Assembly: GCA_964016885.1 (NCBI GenBank) | Contig: OZ024743.1 | Span: 173,910,001 to 173,974,000, forward strand | From: Eledone cirrhosa | Lineage: Eukaryota | Reading direction: 5' to 3' | DNA length: 64,000 nt | In this document: one piece after another, positions 29,001-42,010 of the stretch | Numbering within the stretch: the stretch's first letter is position 1 | Layout of the letters: each line of letters starts with the position of its first letter | Program-made: the position numbers and the translations under genes | Notes under the pieces: generated by a model | The model's input: the letters and a program-made list of their open reading frames with translations, nothing else | What the model was told of the DNA's origin: nothing | The model's database searches: none

Positions 29001-32000
29001 GGGTATGAACCCTCTCTTAGTTGTCCTCCTCCAATACTACAGACACACACTCAGGGCTAGGGTATTAACCCTCTCTTAGTTGTCCTCCTCCAATACTACA
29101 GACACACACTCAGGGCTAGGGTATGAACCCTCTCTTAGTTGTCCTCCTCCAATACTACAGACACACACTCAGGGCTAGGGTATTAACCCTCTCTTAGTTG
29201 TCCTCCTCCAATACTAAGACACACACTCAGGGCTAGGGTATGAACCCTCTCTTAGTTGTCCTCCTCCAATACTACAGACACACACTCAGGGCTAGGGTAT
29301 GAACCCTCTTTTAGTTGTCCTCCTCCAATACTACAGACACACACTCAGGGCTAGGGTATGAACCCTCTATTAGTTGTCCTTCTCCAATACTACAGACACA
29401 CACTCAGGGCTAGAGTATTAACCCTCTCTTAGTTGTCCTCCTCCAATACTACAGACACACACTCAGGGCTAGGGTATGAACCCTCTCTTAGTTGTCCTCC
29501 TCCAACACTACAGACACACACTCAGGGCTAGGGTATGAACCCTCTCTTAGTTGTCCTCCTCCAATACTACAGACACACACTCAGGGCTAGGGTATTAACC
29601 CTCTCTTAGTTGTCCTCCTCCAATACTACAGACACACACTCAGGGCTAGGGTATTAACCCTCTCTTAGTTGTCCTCCTCCAATACTAGACACACACTCAG
29701 GGCTAGGGTATGAACCCTCTTTTAGTTGTCCTCCTGCAATACTACAGACACACACTCAGGGCTAGGGTATGAACCCTCTCTTAGTTGTCCTCCTCCAATA
29801 CTACAGACACACACTCAGGGCTAGGGTATTAACCCTCTCTTAGTTGTCCTCCTCCAATACTACAGACACACACTCAGGGCTAGGGTATGAACCCTCTCTT
29901 AGTTGTCCTCCTCCAATACTACAGACACACACTCAGGGCTAGGGTATGAACCCTCTCTTAGTTGTCCTCCTCCATTACTACAGACACACACTCAGGGCTA
30001 GGGTATGAACCCTCTCCTAGTTGTCCTCCTCCAATACTACAGACACACACTCAGGGCTAGGGTATGAACCCTCTCTTAGTTGTCCTCCTCCAATACTACA
30101 GACACACACTCAGGGCTAGGGTATTAACCCTCTCTTAGTTGTCCTCCTCCAATACTACAGACACACACTCAGGGCTAGGGTATGAACCCTCTCTTAGTTG
30201 TCCTCCTCCAATACTACAGACACACACTCAGGGCTAGGGTATTAACCCTCTCTTAGTTGTCCTCCTCCAATACTACAGACACACACTCAGGGCTAGGGTA
30301 TGAACCCTCTCTTAGTTGTCTCCTCCAATACTACAGACACACACTCAGGGCTAGGGTATGAACCCTCTCTTAGTTGTCCTCCTCCAATACTACAGACACA
30401 CACTCAGGGCTAGGGTATTAACCCTCTCTTAGTTGTCCTCCTCCAATACTACAGACACACACTCAGGGCTAGGGTATGAACCCTCTCTTAGTTGTCCTCC
30501 TCCAATACTACAGACACACACTCAGGGCTAGGGTATTAACCCTCTCTTAGTTGTCCTCCTCCAATACTAGACACACACTCAGGGCTAGGGTATGAACCCT
30601 CTTTTAGTTGTCCTCCTCCAATACTACAGACACACACTCAGGGCTAGGGTATGAACCCTCTCTTAGTTGTCCTCCTCCAATACTACAGACACACACTCAG
30701 GGCTAGGGTATTAACCCTCTCTTAGTTGTCCTCCTCCAATACTACAGACACACACTCAGGGCTAGGGTATGAACCCTCTCTTAGTTGTCCTCCTCCAATA
30801 CTACAGACACACACTCAGGGCTAGGGTATGAACCCTCTCTTAGTTGTCCTCCTCCAATACTACAGACACACACTCAGGGCTAGGGTATGAACCCTCTTTT
30901 AGTTGTCCTCCTCCAATACTACAGACACACACTCAGGGCTAGGGTATTAACCCTCTCTTAGTTGTCCTCCTCCAATACTAGACACACACTCAGGGCTAGG
31001 GTATGAACCCTCTTTTAGTTGTCCTCCTCCAATACTACAGACACACACTCAGGGCTAAGGTATGAACCCTTTCTTAGTTGCCCTCCTCCAATACTACAGA
31101 CACACACTCAGGGCTAGGGTATGAACCCTCTCTTAGTTGTCCTCCTCCAATACTACAGACACACACTCAGGGCTAGGGTATGAACCCTCTCTTAGTTGTC
31201 CTCCTCCAATACTACAGATACACACTCAGGGCTAGGGTATGAACCCTCTCTTAGTTGTCCTCCTCCAATACTACAGACACACACTCAGGGCTAGGGTATT
31301 AACCCTCTCTTAGTTGTCCTCCTCCAATACTACAGACACACACTCAGGGCTAGGGTATGAAACCTCTCTTAGTTGTCCTCCTCCAATACTACAGACACAC
31401 ACTCAGGGCTAGGGTATTAACCCTCTCTTAGTTGTCCTCCTCCAATACTACAGACACACACTCAGGGCTAGGGTATGAACCCTCTCTTAGTTGTCCTCCT
31501 CCAATACTACAGACACACACTCATGGATAGGGTATGAACCCTCTTTTAGTTGTCCTCCTCCAATACTACAGACACACACTCAGGGCTAGGGTATGAACCC
31601 TCTATTAGTTGTCCTTCTCCAATACTACAGACACACACTCAGGGCTAGAGTATTAACCCTCTCTTAGTTGCCCTCCTCCAATACTACAGACACACACTCA
31701 GGGCTAGGGTATGAACCCTCTCTTAGTTGTCCTCCTCCAATACTACAGACACACACTCAGGGCTAGGGTATGAACCCTCTCTTAGTTGTCCTCCTCCAAT
31801 ACTACAGACACACACTCAGGGCTAGGGTATGAACCCTCTCTTAGTTGTCCTCCTCCAATACTACAGACACACACTCAGGGCTAGGGTATTAACCCTCTCT
31901 TAGTTGTCCTCCTCCAATACTACAGACACACACTCAGGGCTAGGGTATGAACCCTCTCTTAGTTGTCCTCCTCCAATACTACAGACACACACTCAGGGCT

Positions 32001-33035
32001 AGGGTATTAACCCTCTCTTAGTTGTCCTCCTCCAATACTAGACACACACTCAGGGCTAGGGTATGAACCCTCTTTTAGTTGTCCTCCTCCAATACTACAG
32101 ACACACACTCAGGGCTAGGGTATGAACCCTCTCTTAGTTGTCCTCCTCCAATACTACAGACACACACTCAGGGCTAGGGTATTAACCCTCTCTTAGTTGT
32201 CCTCCTCCAATACTACAGACACACACTCAGGGCTAGGGTATGAACCCTCTCTTAGTTGTCCTCCTCCAATACTACAGACACACACTCAGGGCTAGGGTAT
32301 GAACCCTCTCTTAGTTGTCCTCCTCCAATACTACAGACACACACTCAGGGCTAGGGTATGAACCCTCTTTTAGTTGTCCTCCTCCAATACTACAGACACA
32401 CACTCAGGGCTAGGGTATTAACCCTCTCTTAGTTGTCCTCCTCCAATACTAGACACACACTCAGGGCTAGGGTATGAACCCTCTTTTAGTTGTCCTCCTC
32501 CAATACTACAGACACACACTCAGGGCTAGGGTATGAACCCTCTCTTAGTTGCCCTCCTCCAATACTACAGACACACACTCAGGGCTAGGGTATTAACCCT
32601 CTCTTAGTTGTCCTCCTCCAATACTACAGACACAAACTCAGGGCTAGGGTATGAACCCTCTCTTAGTTGTCCTCCTCCAATACTACAGATACACACTCAG
32701 GGCTAGGGTATGAACCCTCTCTTAGTTGTCCTCCTCCAATACTACAGACACACACTCAGGGCTAGGGTATTAACCCTCTCTTAGTTGTCCTCCTCCAATA
32801 CTACAGACACACACTCAGGGCTAGGGTATGAAACCTCTCTTAGTTGTCCTCCTCCAATACTACAGACACACACTCAGGGCTAGGGTATTAACCCTCTCTT
32901 AGTTGTCCTCCTCCAATACTACAGACACACACTCAGGGCTAGGGTATGAACCCTCTCTTAGTTGTCCTCCTCCAATACTACAGACACACACTCAGGGCTA
33001 GGGTATGAACCCTCTTTTAGTTGTCCTCCTCCAAT
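23045..33035. repeat. ~5.18-kb (~88-monomer) near-perfect tandem duplication within the array
   Basis: Rare markers recur at offset 5175-5178: TACTAAGAC (~24038/~29213), CCTGCAAT (~24558/~29733), CCATTACT (~24797/~29972), 1-bp deletion TTGTCTCCTC (25141/30316), TCATGGAT (~26343/~31521), CACAAACT (~27453/~32631). The ORF track has identical ORFs at 23065 and 28240. Confidence 0.93.
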
Positions 33036-35059
33036 ACTACAGACACACACTCAGGGCTAGGGTATGAACCCTCTATTAGTTGTCCTTCTCCAATACTACA
33101 GACACACACTCAGGGCTAGAGTATTAACCCTCTCTTAGTTGTCCTCCTCCAATACTAGAGACACACACTCAGGGCTAGGGTATGAACCCTCTCTTAGTTG
33201 TCCTCCTCCAATACTACAGACACACACTCAGGGCTAGGGTATTAACCCTCTCTTAGTTGTCCTCCTCCAATACTACAGACACACACTCAGGGCTAGGGTA
33301 TTAACCCTCTCTTAGTTGTCTTCCTCCAATACTAGACACACACTCAGGGCTAGGGTATGAACCCTCTTTTAGTTGTCCTCCTCCAATACTACAGACACAC
33401 ACTCTGGGCTAGGGTATGAACCCTCTCTTAGTTGTCCTCCTCCAATACTACAGACACACACTCAGGGCTAGGGTATTAACCCTCTCTTAGTTGTCCTCCT
33501 CCAATACTACAGACACACACTCAGGGCTAGGGTATGAACCCTCTCTTAGTTGTCCTCCTCCAATACTACAGACACACACTCAGGGCTAGGGTATGAACCC
33601 TCTCTTAGTTGTCCTCCTCCAATACTACAGACACACACTCAGGGCTAGGGTATGAACCCTCTCTTAGTTGTCCTCCTCCAATACTACAGACACACACTCA
33701 GGGCTAGGGTATGAACCCTCTCCTAGTTGTCCTCCTCCAATACTACAGACACACACTCAGGGCTAGGGTATGAACCCTCTCTTAGTTGTCCTCCTCCAAT
33801 ACTACAGACACACACTCAGGGCTAGGGTATTAACCCTCTCTTAGTTGTCCTCCTCCAATACTACAGACACACACTCAGGGCTAGGGTATGAACCCTCTCT
33901 TAGTTGTCCTCCTCCAATACTACAGACACACACTCAGGGCTAGGGTATGAACCCTCTCTTAGTTGTCCTCCTCCAATACTACAGACACACACTCAGGGCT
34001 AGGGTATGAACCCTCTCTTAGTTGTCCTCCTCCAATACTACAGACACACACTCAGGGCTATGGTATGAACCCTCTCCTAGTTGTCCTCCTCCAATACTAC
34101 AGACACACACTCAGGGCTAGGGTATGAACCCTCTCTTAGTTGTCCTCCTCCAATACTACAGACACACACTCAGGGCTAGGGTATTAACCCTCTCTTAGTT
34201 GTCCTCCTCCAATACTACAGACACACACTCAGGGCTAGGGTATGAACCCTCTCTTAGTTGTCCTCCTCCAATACTACAGACACACACTCAGGGCTAGGGT
34301 ATTAACCCTCTCTTAGTTGTCCTCCTCCAATACTACAGACACACACTCAGGGCTAGGGTATTAACCCTCTCTTAGTTGTCCTCCTCCAATACTACAGACA
34401 CACACTCAGGGCTAGGGTATGAACCCTCTCTTAGTTGTCCTCCTCCAATACTACAGACACACACTCGGGGATAGGGTATGAACCCTCTTTTAGTTGTCCT
34501 CCTCCAATACTACAGACACACACTCAGGGCTAGGGTATGAACCCTCTATTAGTTGTCCTTCTCCAATACTACAGACACACACTCAGGGCTAGAGTATTAA
34601 CCCTCTCTTAGTTGTCCTCCTCCAATACTACAGACACACACTCAGGGCTAGGGTATGAACCCTCTCTTAGTTGTCCTCCTCCAATACTACAGACACACAC
34701 TCAGGGCTAGGGTATGAACCCTCTCTTAGTTGTCCTCCTCCAATACTACAGACACACACTCAGGGCTAGGGTATGAACCCTCTCTTAGTTGTCCTCCTCC
34801 AATACTACAGACACACACTCAGGGCTAGGGTATGAACCCTCTCCTAGTTGTCCTCCTCCAATACTACAGACACACACTCAGGGCTAGGGTATGAACCCTC
34901 TCTTAGTTGTCCTCCTCCAATACTACAGACACACACTCAGGGCTAGGGTATGAACCCTCTCCTAGTTGTCCTCCTCCAATACTACAGACACACACTCAGG
35001 GCTAGGGTATGAACCCTCTCTTAGTTGTCCTCCTCCAATACTACAGACACACACTCAGG

Positions 35060-37410
35060 GCTAGGGTATGAACCCTCTCCTAGTTGTCCTCCTCCAATAC
35101 TACAGACACACACTCAGGGCTAGGGTATGAACCCTCTCTTAGTTGTCATCCTCCAATACTACAGACACACACTCAGGGCTAGGGTATTAACCCTCTCTTA
35201 GTTGTCCTCCTCCAATACTACAGGTACACACTCAGGGCTAGGGTATGAACCCTCTCTTAGTTGTCCTCCTCCAATACTACAGACACACACTCAGGGCTAG
35301 GGTATTAACCCTCTCTTAGTTGTCCTCCTCCAATACTACAGACACACACTCAGGGCTAGGGTATGAACCCTCTCTTAGTTGTCCTCCTCCAATACTACAG
35401 ACACACACTCAGGGCTAGGGTATTAACCCTCTCTTAGTTGTCCTCCTCCAATACTACAGACACACACTCAGGGCTAGGGTATGAACCCTCTCTTAGTTGT
35501 CCTCCTCCAATACTACAGACACACACTCAGGGCTAGTGTATGAATCCACTTTTAGTTGTCCTCCTCCAATACTACAGACACACACTCAGGGCTAGGGTAT
35601 GAACCCTCTATTAGTTGTCCTTCTCCAATACTACAGACACACACTCAGGGCTAGGGTATTAACCCTCTCTTAGTTGTCCTCCTCCAATACTACAGACACA
35701 CACTCAGGGCTAGGGTATGAACCCTCTCTTAGTTGTCCCCCTCCAATACTACAGACACACACTCAGGGCTAGGGTATGAACCCTCTCTTAGTTGTCCTCC
35801 TCCAATACTACAGACACACACTCAGGGCTAGGGTATGAACCCTCTCTTAGTTGTCCTCCTCCAATACTACAGACACACACTCAGGGCTAGGGTATGAACC
35901 CTCTCCTAGTTGTCCTCCTCCAATACTACAGACACACACTCAGGGCTAGGGTATGAACCCTCTCTTAGTTGTCCTCCTCCAATACTACAGACACACACTC
36001 AGGGCTAGGGTATTAACCCTCTCTTAGTTGTCCTCCTCCAATACTACAGACACACACTCAGGGCTAGGGTTTGAACCCTCTCTTAGTTGTCCTCCTCCAA
36101 TACTACAGACACACACTCAGGGCTAGGGTATTAACCCTCTCTTAGTTGTCCTCCTCCAATACTACAGACACACACTCAGGGCTAGGGTATGAACCCTCTC
36201 TTAGTTGTCCTCCTCCAATACTACAGACACACACTCAGGGCTAGGGTATGAACCCTCTCCTAGTTGTCCTCCTCCAATACTACAGACACACACTCAGGGC
36301 TAGGGTATGAACCCTCTCTTAGTTGTCATCCTCCAATACTACAGACACACACTCAGGGCTAGGGTATTAACCCTCTCTTAGTTGTCCTCCTCCAATACTA
36401 CAGGTACACACTCAGGGCTAGGGTATGAACCCTCTCTTAGTTGTCCTCCTCCAATACCACAGACACACACTCAGGGCTAGGGTATTAACCCTCTCTTAGT
36501 TGTCCTCCTCCAATACTACAGACACACACTCAGGGCTAGGGTATGAACCCTCTCTTAGTTGTCCTCCTCCAATACTACAGACACACACTCAGGGCTAGGG
36601 TATTAACCCTCTCTTAGTTGTCCTCCTCCAATACTACAGACACACACTCAGGGCTAGGGTATGAACCCTCTCTTAGTTGTCCTCCTCCAATACTACAGAC
36701 ACACACTCAGGGCTAGTGTATGAATCCTCTTTTAGTTGTCCTCCTCCAATACTACAGACACACACTCAGGGCTAGGGTATGAACCCTCTATTAGTTGTCC
36801 TTCTCCAATACTACAGACACACACTCAGGGCTAGGGTATTAACACTCTCTTAGTTGTCCTCCTCCAATACTACAGACACACACTCAGGGCTAGGGTATGA
36901 ACCCTCTCTTAGTTGTCCCCCTCCAATACTACAGACACACACTCAGGGCTAGGGTATGAACCCTCTCTTAGTTGTCCTCCTCCAATACTACAGACACACA
37001 CTCAGGGCTAGGGTATGAACCCTCTCTTAGTTGTCCTCCTCCAATACTACAGACACACACTCAGGGCTAGGGTATGAACCCTCTCCTAGTTGTCCTCCTC
37101 CAATACTACAGACACACACTCAGGGCTAGGGTATGAACCCTCTCTTAGTTGTCCTCCTCCAATACTACAGACACACACTCAGGGCTAGGGTATTAACCCT
37201 CTCTTAGTTGTCCTCCTCCAATACTACAGACACACACTCAGGGCTAGGGTATGAACCCTCTCTTAGTTGTCCTCCTCCAATACTACAGACACACACTCAG
37301 GGCTAGGGTATTAACCCTCTCTTAGTTGTCCTCCTCCAATACTACAGACACACACTCAGGGCTAGGGTATGAACCCTCTCTTAGTTGTCCTCCTCCAATA
37401 CTACAGACAC
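35060..37410. repeat. 1,180-bp (20-monomer) tandem duplication
   Basis: CAGGTACAC at 35221/36401, GTGTATGAATCC at ~35536/~36716 and GTCCCCCTCC at ~35735/~36915 are all offset by 1180 = 20x59. Confidence 0.9.
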
Positions 37411-39069
37411 ACACTCAGGGCTAGGGTATTAACCCTCTCTTAGTTGTCCTCCTCCAATACTACAGACACACACTCAGGGCTAGGGTATGAACCCTCTCTT
37501 AGTTGTCCTCCTCCAATACTACAGACACACACTCAGGGATAGGGTATGAACCCTCTTTTAGTTGTCCTCCTCCAATACTACAGACACACACTCAGGGCTA
37601 GGGTATGAACCCTCTATTAGTTGTCCTTCTCCAATACTACAGACACACACTCAGGGCTAGAGTATTAACCCTCTCTTAGTTGTCCTCCTCCAATACTACA
37701 GACACACACTCAGGGCTAGGGTATGAACCCTCTCTTAGTTGTCCTCCTCCAATACTACAGACACACACTCAGGGCTAGGGTATGAACCCTCTCTTAGTTG
37801 TCCTCCTCCAATACTACAGACACACACTCAGGGCTAGGGTATGAACCCTCTCTTAGTTGTCCTCCTCCAATACTACAGACACACACTCAGGGCTAGGGTA
37901 TGAACCCTCTCCTAGTTGTCCTCCTCCAATACTACAGACACACACTCAGGGCTAGGGTATGAACCCTCTCTTAGTTGTCCTCCTCCAATACTACAGACAC
38001 ACACTCAGGGCTAGGGTATGAACCCTCTCCTAGTTGTCCTCCTCCAATACTACAGACACACACTCAGGGCTAGGGTATGAACCCTCTCTTAGTTGTCCTC
38101 CTCCAATACTACAGACACACACTCAGGGCTAGGGTATGAACCCTCTCCTAGTTGTCCTCCTCCAATACTACAGACACACACTCAGGGCTAGGGTATGAAC
38201 CCTCTCTTAGTTGTCATCCTCCAATACTACAGACACACACTCAGGGTTAGGGTATTAACCCTCTCTTAGTTGTCCTCCTCCAATACTACAGATACACACT
38301 CAGGGCTAGGGTATGAACCCTCTCTTAGTTGTCCTCCTCCAATACTACAGACACACACTCAGGGCTAGGGTATTAACCCTCTCTTAGTTGTCCTCCTCCA
38401 ATACTACAGACACACACTCAGGGCTAGGGTATGAACCCTCTCTTAGTTGTCCTCCTCCAATACTACAGACACACACTCAGGGCTAGTGTATGAACCCTCT
38501 TTTAGTTGTCCTCCTCCAATACTACAGACACACACTCAGGGCTAGGGTATGAACCCTCTATTAGTTGTCCTTCTCCAATACTACAGACACACACTCAGGG
38601 CTAGGGTATGTACCCTCTCCTAGTTGTCCTCCTCCAATACTACAGACACACACTCAGGGCTAGGGTATGAACCCTCTCTTAGTTGTCCTCCTCCAATACT
38701 AGACACACACTCAGGGATAGGGTATGTACCCTCTCTTAGTTGTCGTCCTCCAATACTAGACACACACTCAGGGCAAGGGTATGTACCCTCTCTTAGTTGT
38801 CTTCCTCCAATACTACAGACACACACTCAGGGCTAGGGTATGTACCCTCTCTTAGTTGTCCTCCTCCAATACTACAGACACACACTCAGGGCTAGGGTAT
38901 GAACGCTCTCCCAGTTGTCCTCCTCCAATACTACAGACACACACTCAGGGCTAGGGTATGAACGCACTCCCAGTTGTCCTCCTCCAATACTACAGACACA
39001 CACTCAGGGCTAGGGTATGAACCCTCTCCCAGTTGTCCTCCTCCAATACTACAGACACACACTCAGGGC

Positions 39070-42010
39070 TAGGGTATGTACCCTCTCTTAGTTGTCGTCT
39101 TCCAATACTACAGACACACACTCAGGGCTAGGGTATGAACGCTCTCCCAGTTGTCCTCTTCCAATACTACAGACACACACTCAGGGCTAGGGTATGAACG
39201 CTCTCCCAGTTGTCCTCCTCCAATACTACAGACACACACTCAGGGCTAGGGTATGAACCCTCTCCCAATTGTCCTCCTCCAATACTACAGACACACACTC
39301 AGGGCTAGGGTATGAACGCTCTCCCAGTTGTCCTCCTCCAATACTACAGACACACACTCAGGGCTAGGGTATGTACCCTCTCTTAGTTGTCCTCTTCCAA
39401 TACTACAGACACACACTCAGGGCTAGGGTATGAACGCTCTCCTATTTGTCCTCCTCCAATACTAGACACACACTCTAGGCTAGGGTATGAACCCTCTCTT
39501 AGTTGTCCTCCTCCAATACTACAGACACACACTCAGGGCTAGGGTATGAACGCTCTCCTAGGTGTCCTCCTCCAATACTACAGACACACACTCAGGGCTA
39601 GGGTATGAACCCTCTCTTAGTTGTCCTCCTCCAATACTACAGACACACACTCAGGGCTAGGGTATTAACCCTCTCTTAGGTGTCCTCCTCCAATACTACA
39701 GACACACACTCAGGGCTAGGGTATGAACCCTCTCTTAGTTGTCCTCCTCCAATACTATAGACACACACTCAGGGCTAGGGTATGTACCCTCTCCCAGATG
39801 TCCTCCTCCAATACTACAGACACACACTCAGGGCTAGGGTATGAACCCTCTCTTAGGTGTCCTCCTCCAATACTACAGACACACACTCAGGGCTAGGGTA
39901 TGAACCCTCTCTTAGTTGTCCTCCTCCAATACTACAGACACACACTCAGGGCTAGGGTATGTACCCTCTCCCAGTTGTTCTCCTCCAATACTACAGACAC
40001 ACACTCAGGGCTAGGGTATGAACCCTCTGTTAGGTGTCCTCCTCCAATACTAGACACACACTCAGGGCTAGGGTATGTACCCTCTCTTAGTTGTCCTCCT
40101 CCAATACTACAGACACACACTCAGGGCTAGGGTATGTACCCTCTCCCAGTTGTTCTCCTCCAATACTACAGACACACACTCAGGGCTAGGGTATGAACCC
40201 TCTCTTAGTTGTCCTCCTCCAATACTACAGACACACACTCAGGGCTAGGGTATGAACCCTCTCCTAGTTGTCCTCCTCCAATACTACAGACACACACTCA
40301 GGGCTAGGGTATGAACCCTCTCTTAGTTGTCCTCCTCCAATACTACAGACACACACTCAGGGCTAGGGTATGAACCCTCTCCTAGTTGTCCTCCTCCAAT
40401 ACTACAGACACACACTCAGGGCTAGGGTATTAACCCTCTCTTAGTTGTCATCCTCCAATACTACAGACACACACTCAGGGCTAGGGTATTAACCCTCTCT
40501 TAGTTGTCCTCCTCCAATACTACAGATACATACTCAGGGCTAGGGTATGTACCCTCTCTTAGTTGTCGTCTTCCAATACTACAGACACACACTCAGGGCT
40601 AGGGTATGAACGCTCTCCCAGTTGTCCTCTTCCAATACTACAGACACACACTCAGGGCTAGGGTATGAACGCTCTCCCAGTTGTCCTCCTCCAATACTAC
40701 AGACACACACTCAGGGCTAGGGTATGAACCCTCTCCCAATTGTCCTCCTCCAATACTACAGACACACACTCAGGGCTAGGGTATGAACGCTCTCCCAGTT
40801 GTCCTCCTCCAATACTACAGACACACACTCAGGGCTAGGGTATGTACCCTCTCTTAGTTGTCCTCTTCCAATACTACAGACACACACTCAGGGCTAGGGT
40901 ATGAACGCTCTCCTATTTGTCCTCCTCCAATACTAGACACACACTCTAGGCTAGGGTATGAACCCTCTCTTAGTTGTCCTCCTCCAATACTACAGACACA
41001 CACTCAGGGCTAGGGTATGAACGCTCTCCTAGGTGTCCTCCTCCAATACTACAGACACACACTCAGGGCTAGGGTATGAACCCTCTCTTAGTTGTCCTCC
41101 TCCAATACTACAGACACACACTCAGGGCTAGGGTATTAACCCTCTCTTAGGTGTCCTCCTCCAATACTACAGACACACACTCAGGGCTAGGGTATGAACC
41201 CTCTCTTAGTTGTCCTCCTCCAATACTATAGACACACACTCAGGGCTAGGGTATGTACCCTCTCCCAGATGTCCTCCTCCAATACTACAGACACACACTC
41301 AGGGCTAGGGTATGAACCCTCTCTTAGGTGTCCTCCTCCAATACTACAGACACACACTCAGGGCTAGGGTATGAACCCTCTCTTAGTTGTCCTCCTCCAA
41401 TACTACAGACACACACTCAGGGCTAGGGTATGTACCCTCTCCCAGTTGTTCTCCTCCAATACTACAGACACACACTCAGGGCTAGGGTATGAACCCTCTG
41501 TTAGGTGTCCTCCTCCAATACTAGACACACACTCAGGGCTAGGGTATGTACCCTCTCTTAGTTGTCCTCCTCCAATACTACAGACACACACTCAGGGCTA
41601 GGGTATGTACCCTCTCCCAGTTGTTCTCCTCCAATACTACAGACACACACTCAGGGCTAGGGTATGAACCCTCTCTTAGTTGTCCTCCTCCAATACTACA
41701 GACACACACTCAGGGCTAGGGTATGAACCCTCTCCTAGTTGTCCTCCTCCAATACTACAGACACACACTCAGGGCTAGGGTATGAACCCTCTCTTAGTTG
41801 TCCTCCTCCAATACTACAGACACACACTCAGGGCTAGGGTATGAACCCTCTCCTAGTTGTCCTCCTCCAATACTACAGACACACACTCAGGGCTAGGGTA
41901 TTAACCCTCTCTTAGTTGTCATCCTCCAATACTACAGACACACACTCAGGGCTAGGGTATTAACCCTCTCTTAGTTGTCCTCCTCCAATACTACAGATAC
42001 ATACTCAGGG
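39070..42010. repeat. 1,471-bp (25-monomer) tandem duplication
   Basis: Private markers CCCAATT (~39264/~40735), CTCTAGGC (~39473/~40944) and GATACATACT (~40525/~41996) are each repeated. Identical ORFs lie at 39900 and 41371. 1471 = 25x59 - 2x2. Confidence 0.92.
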
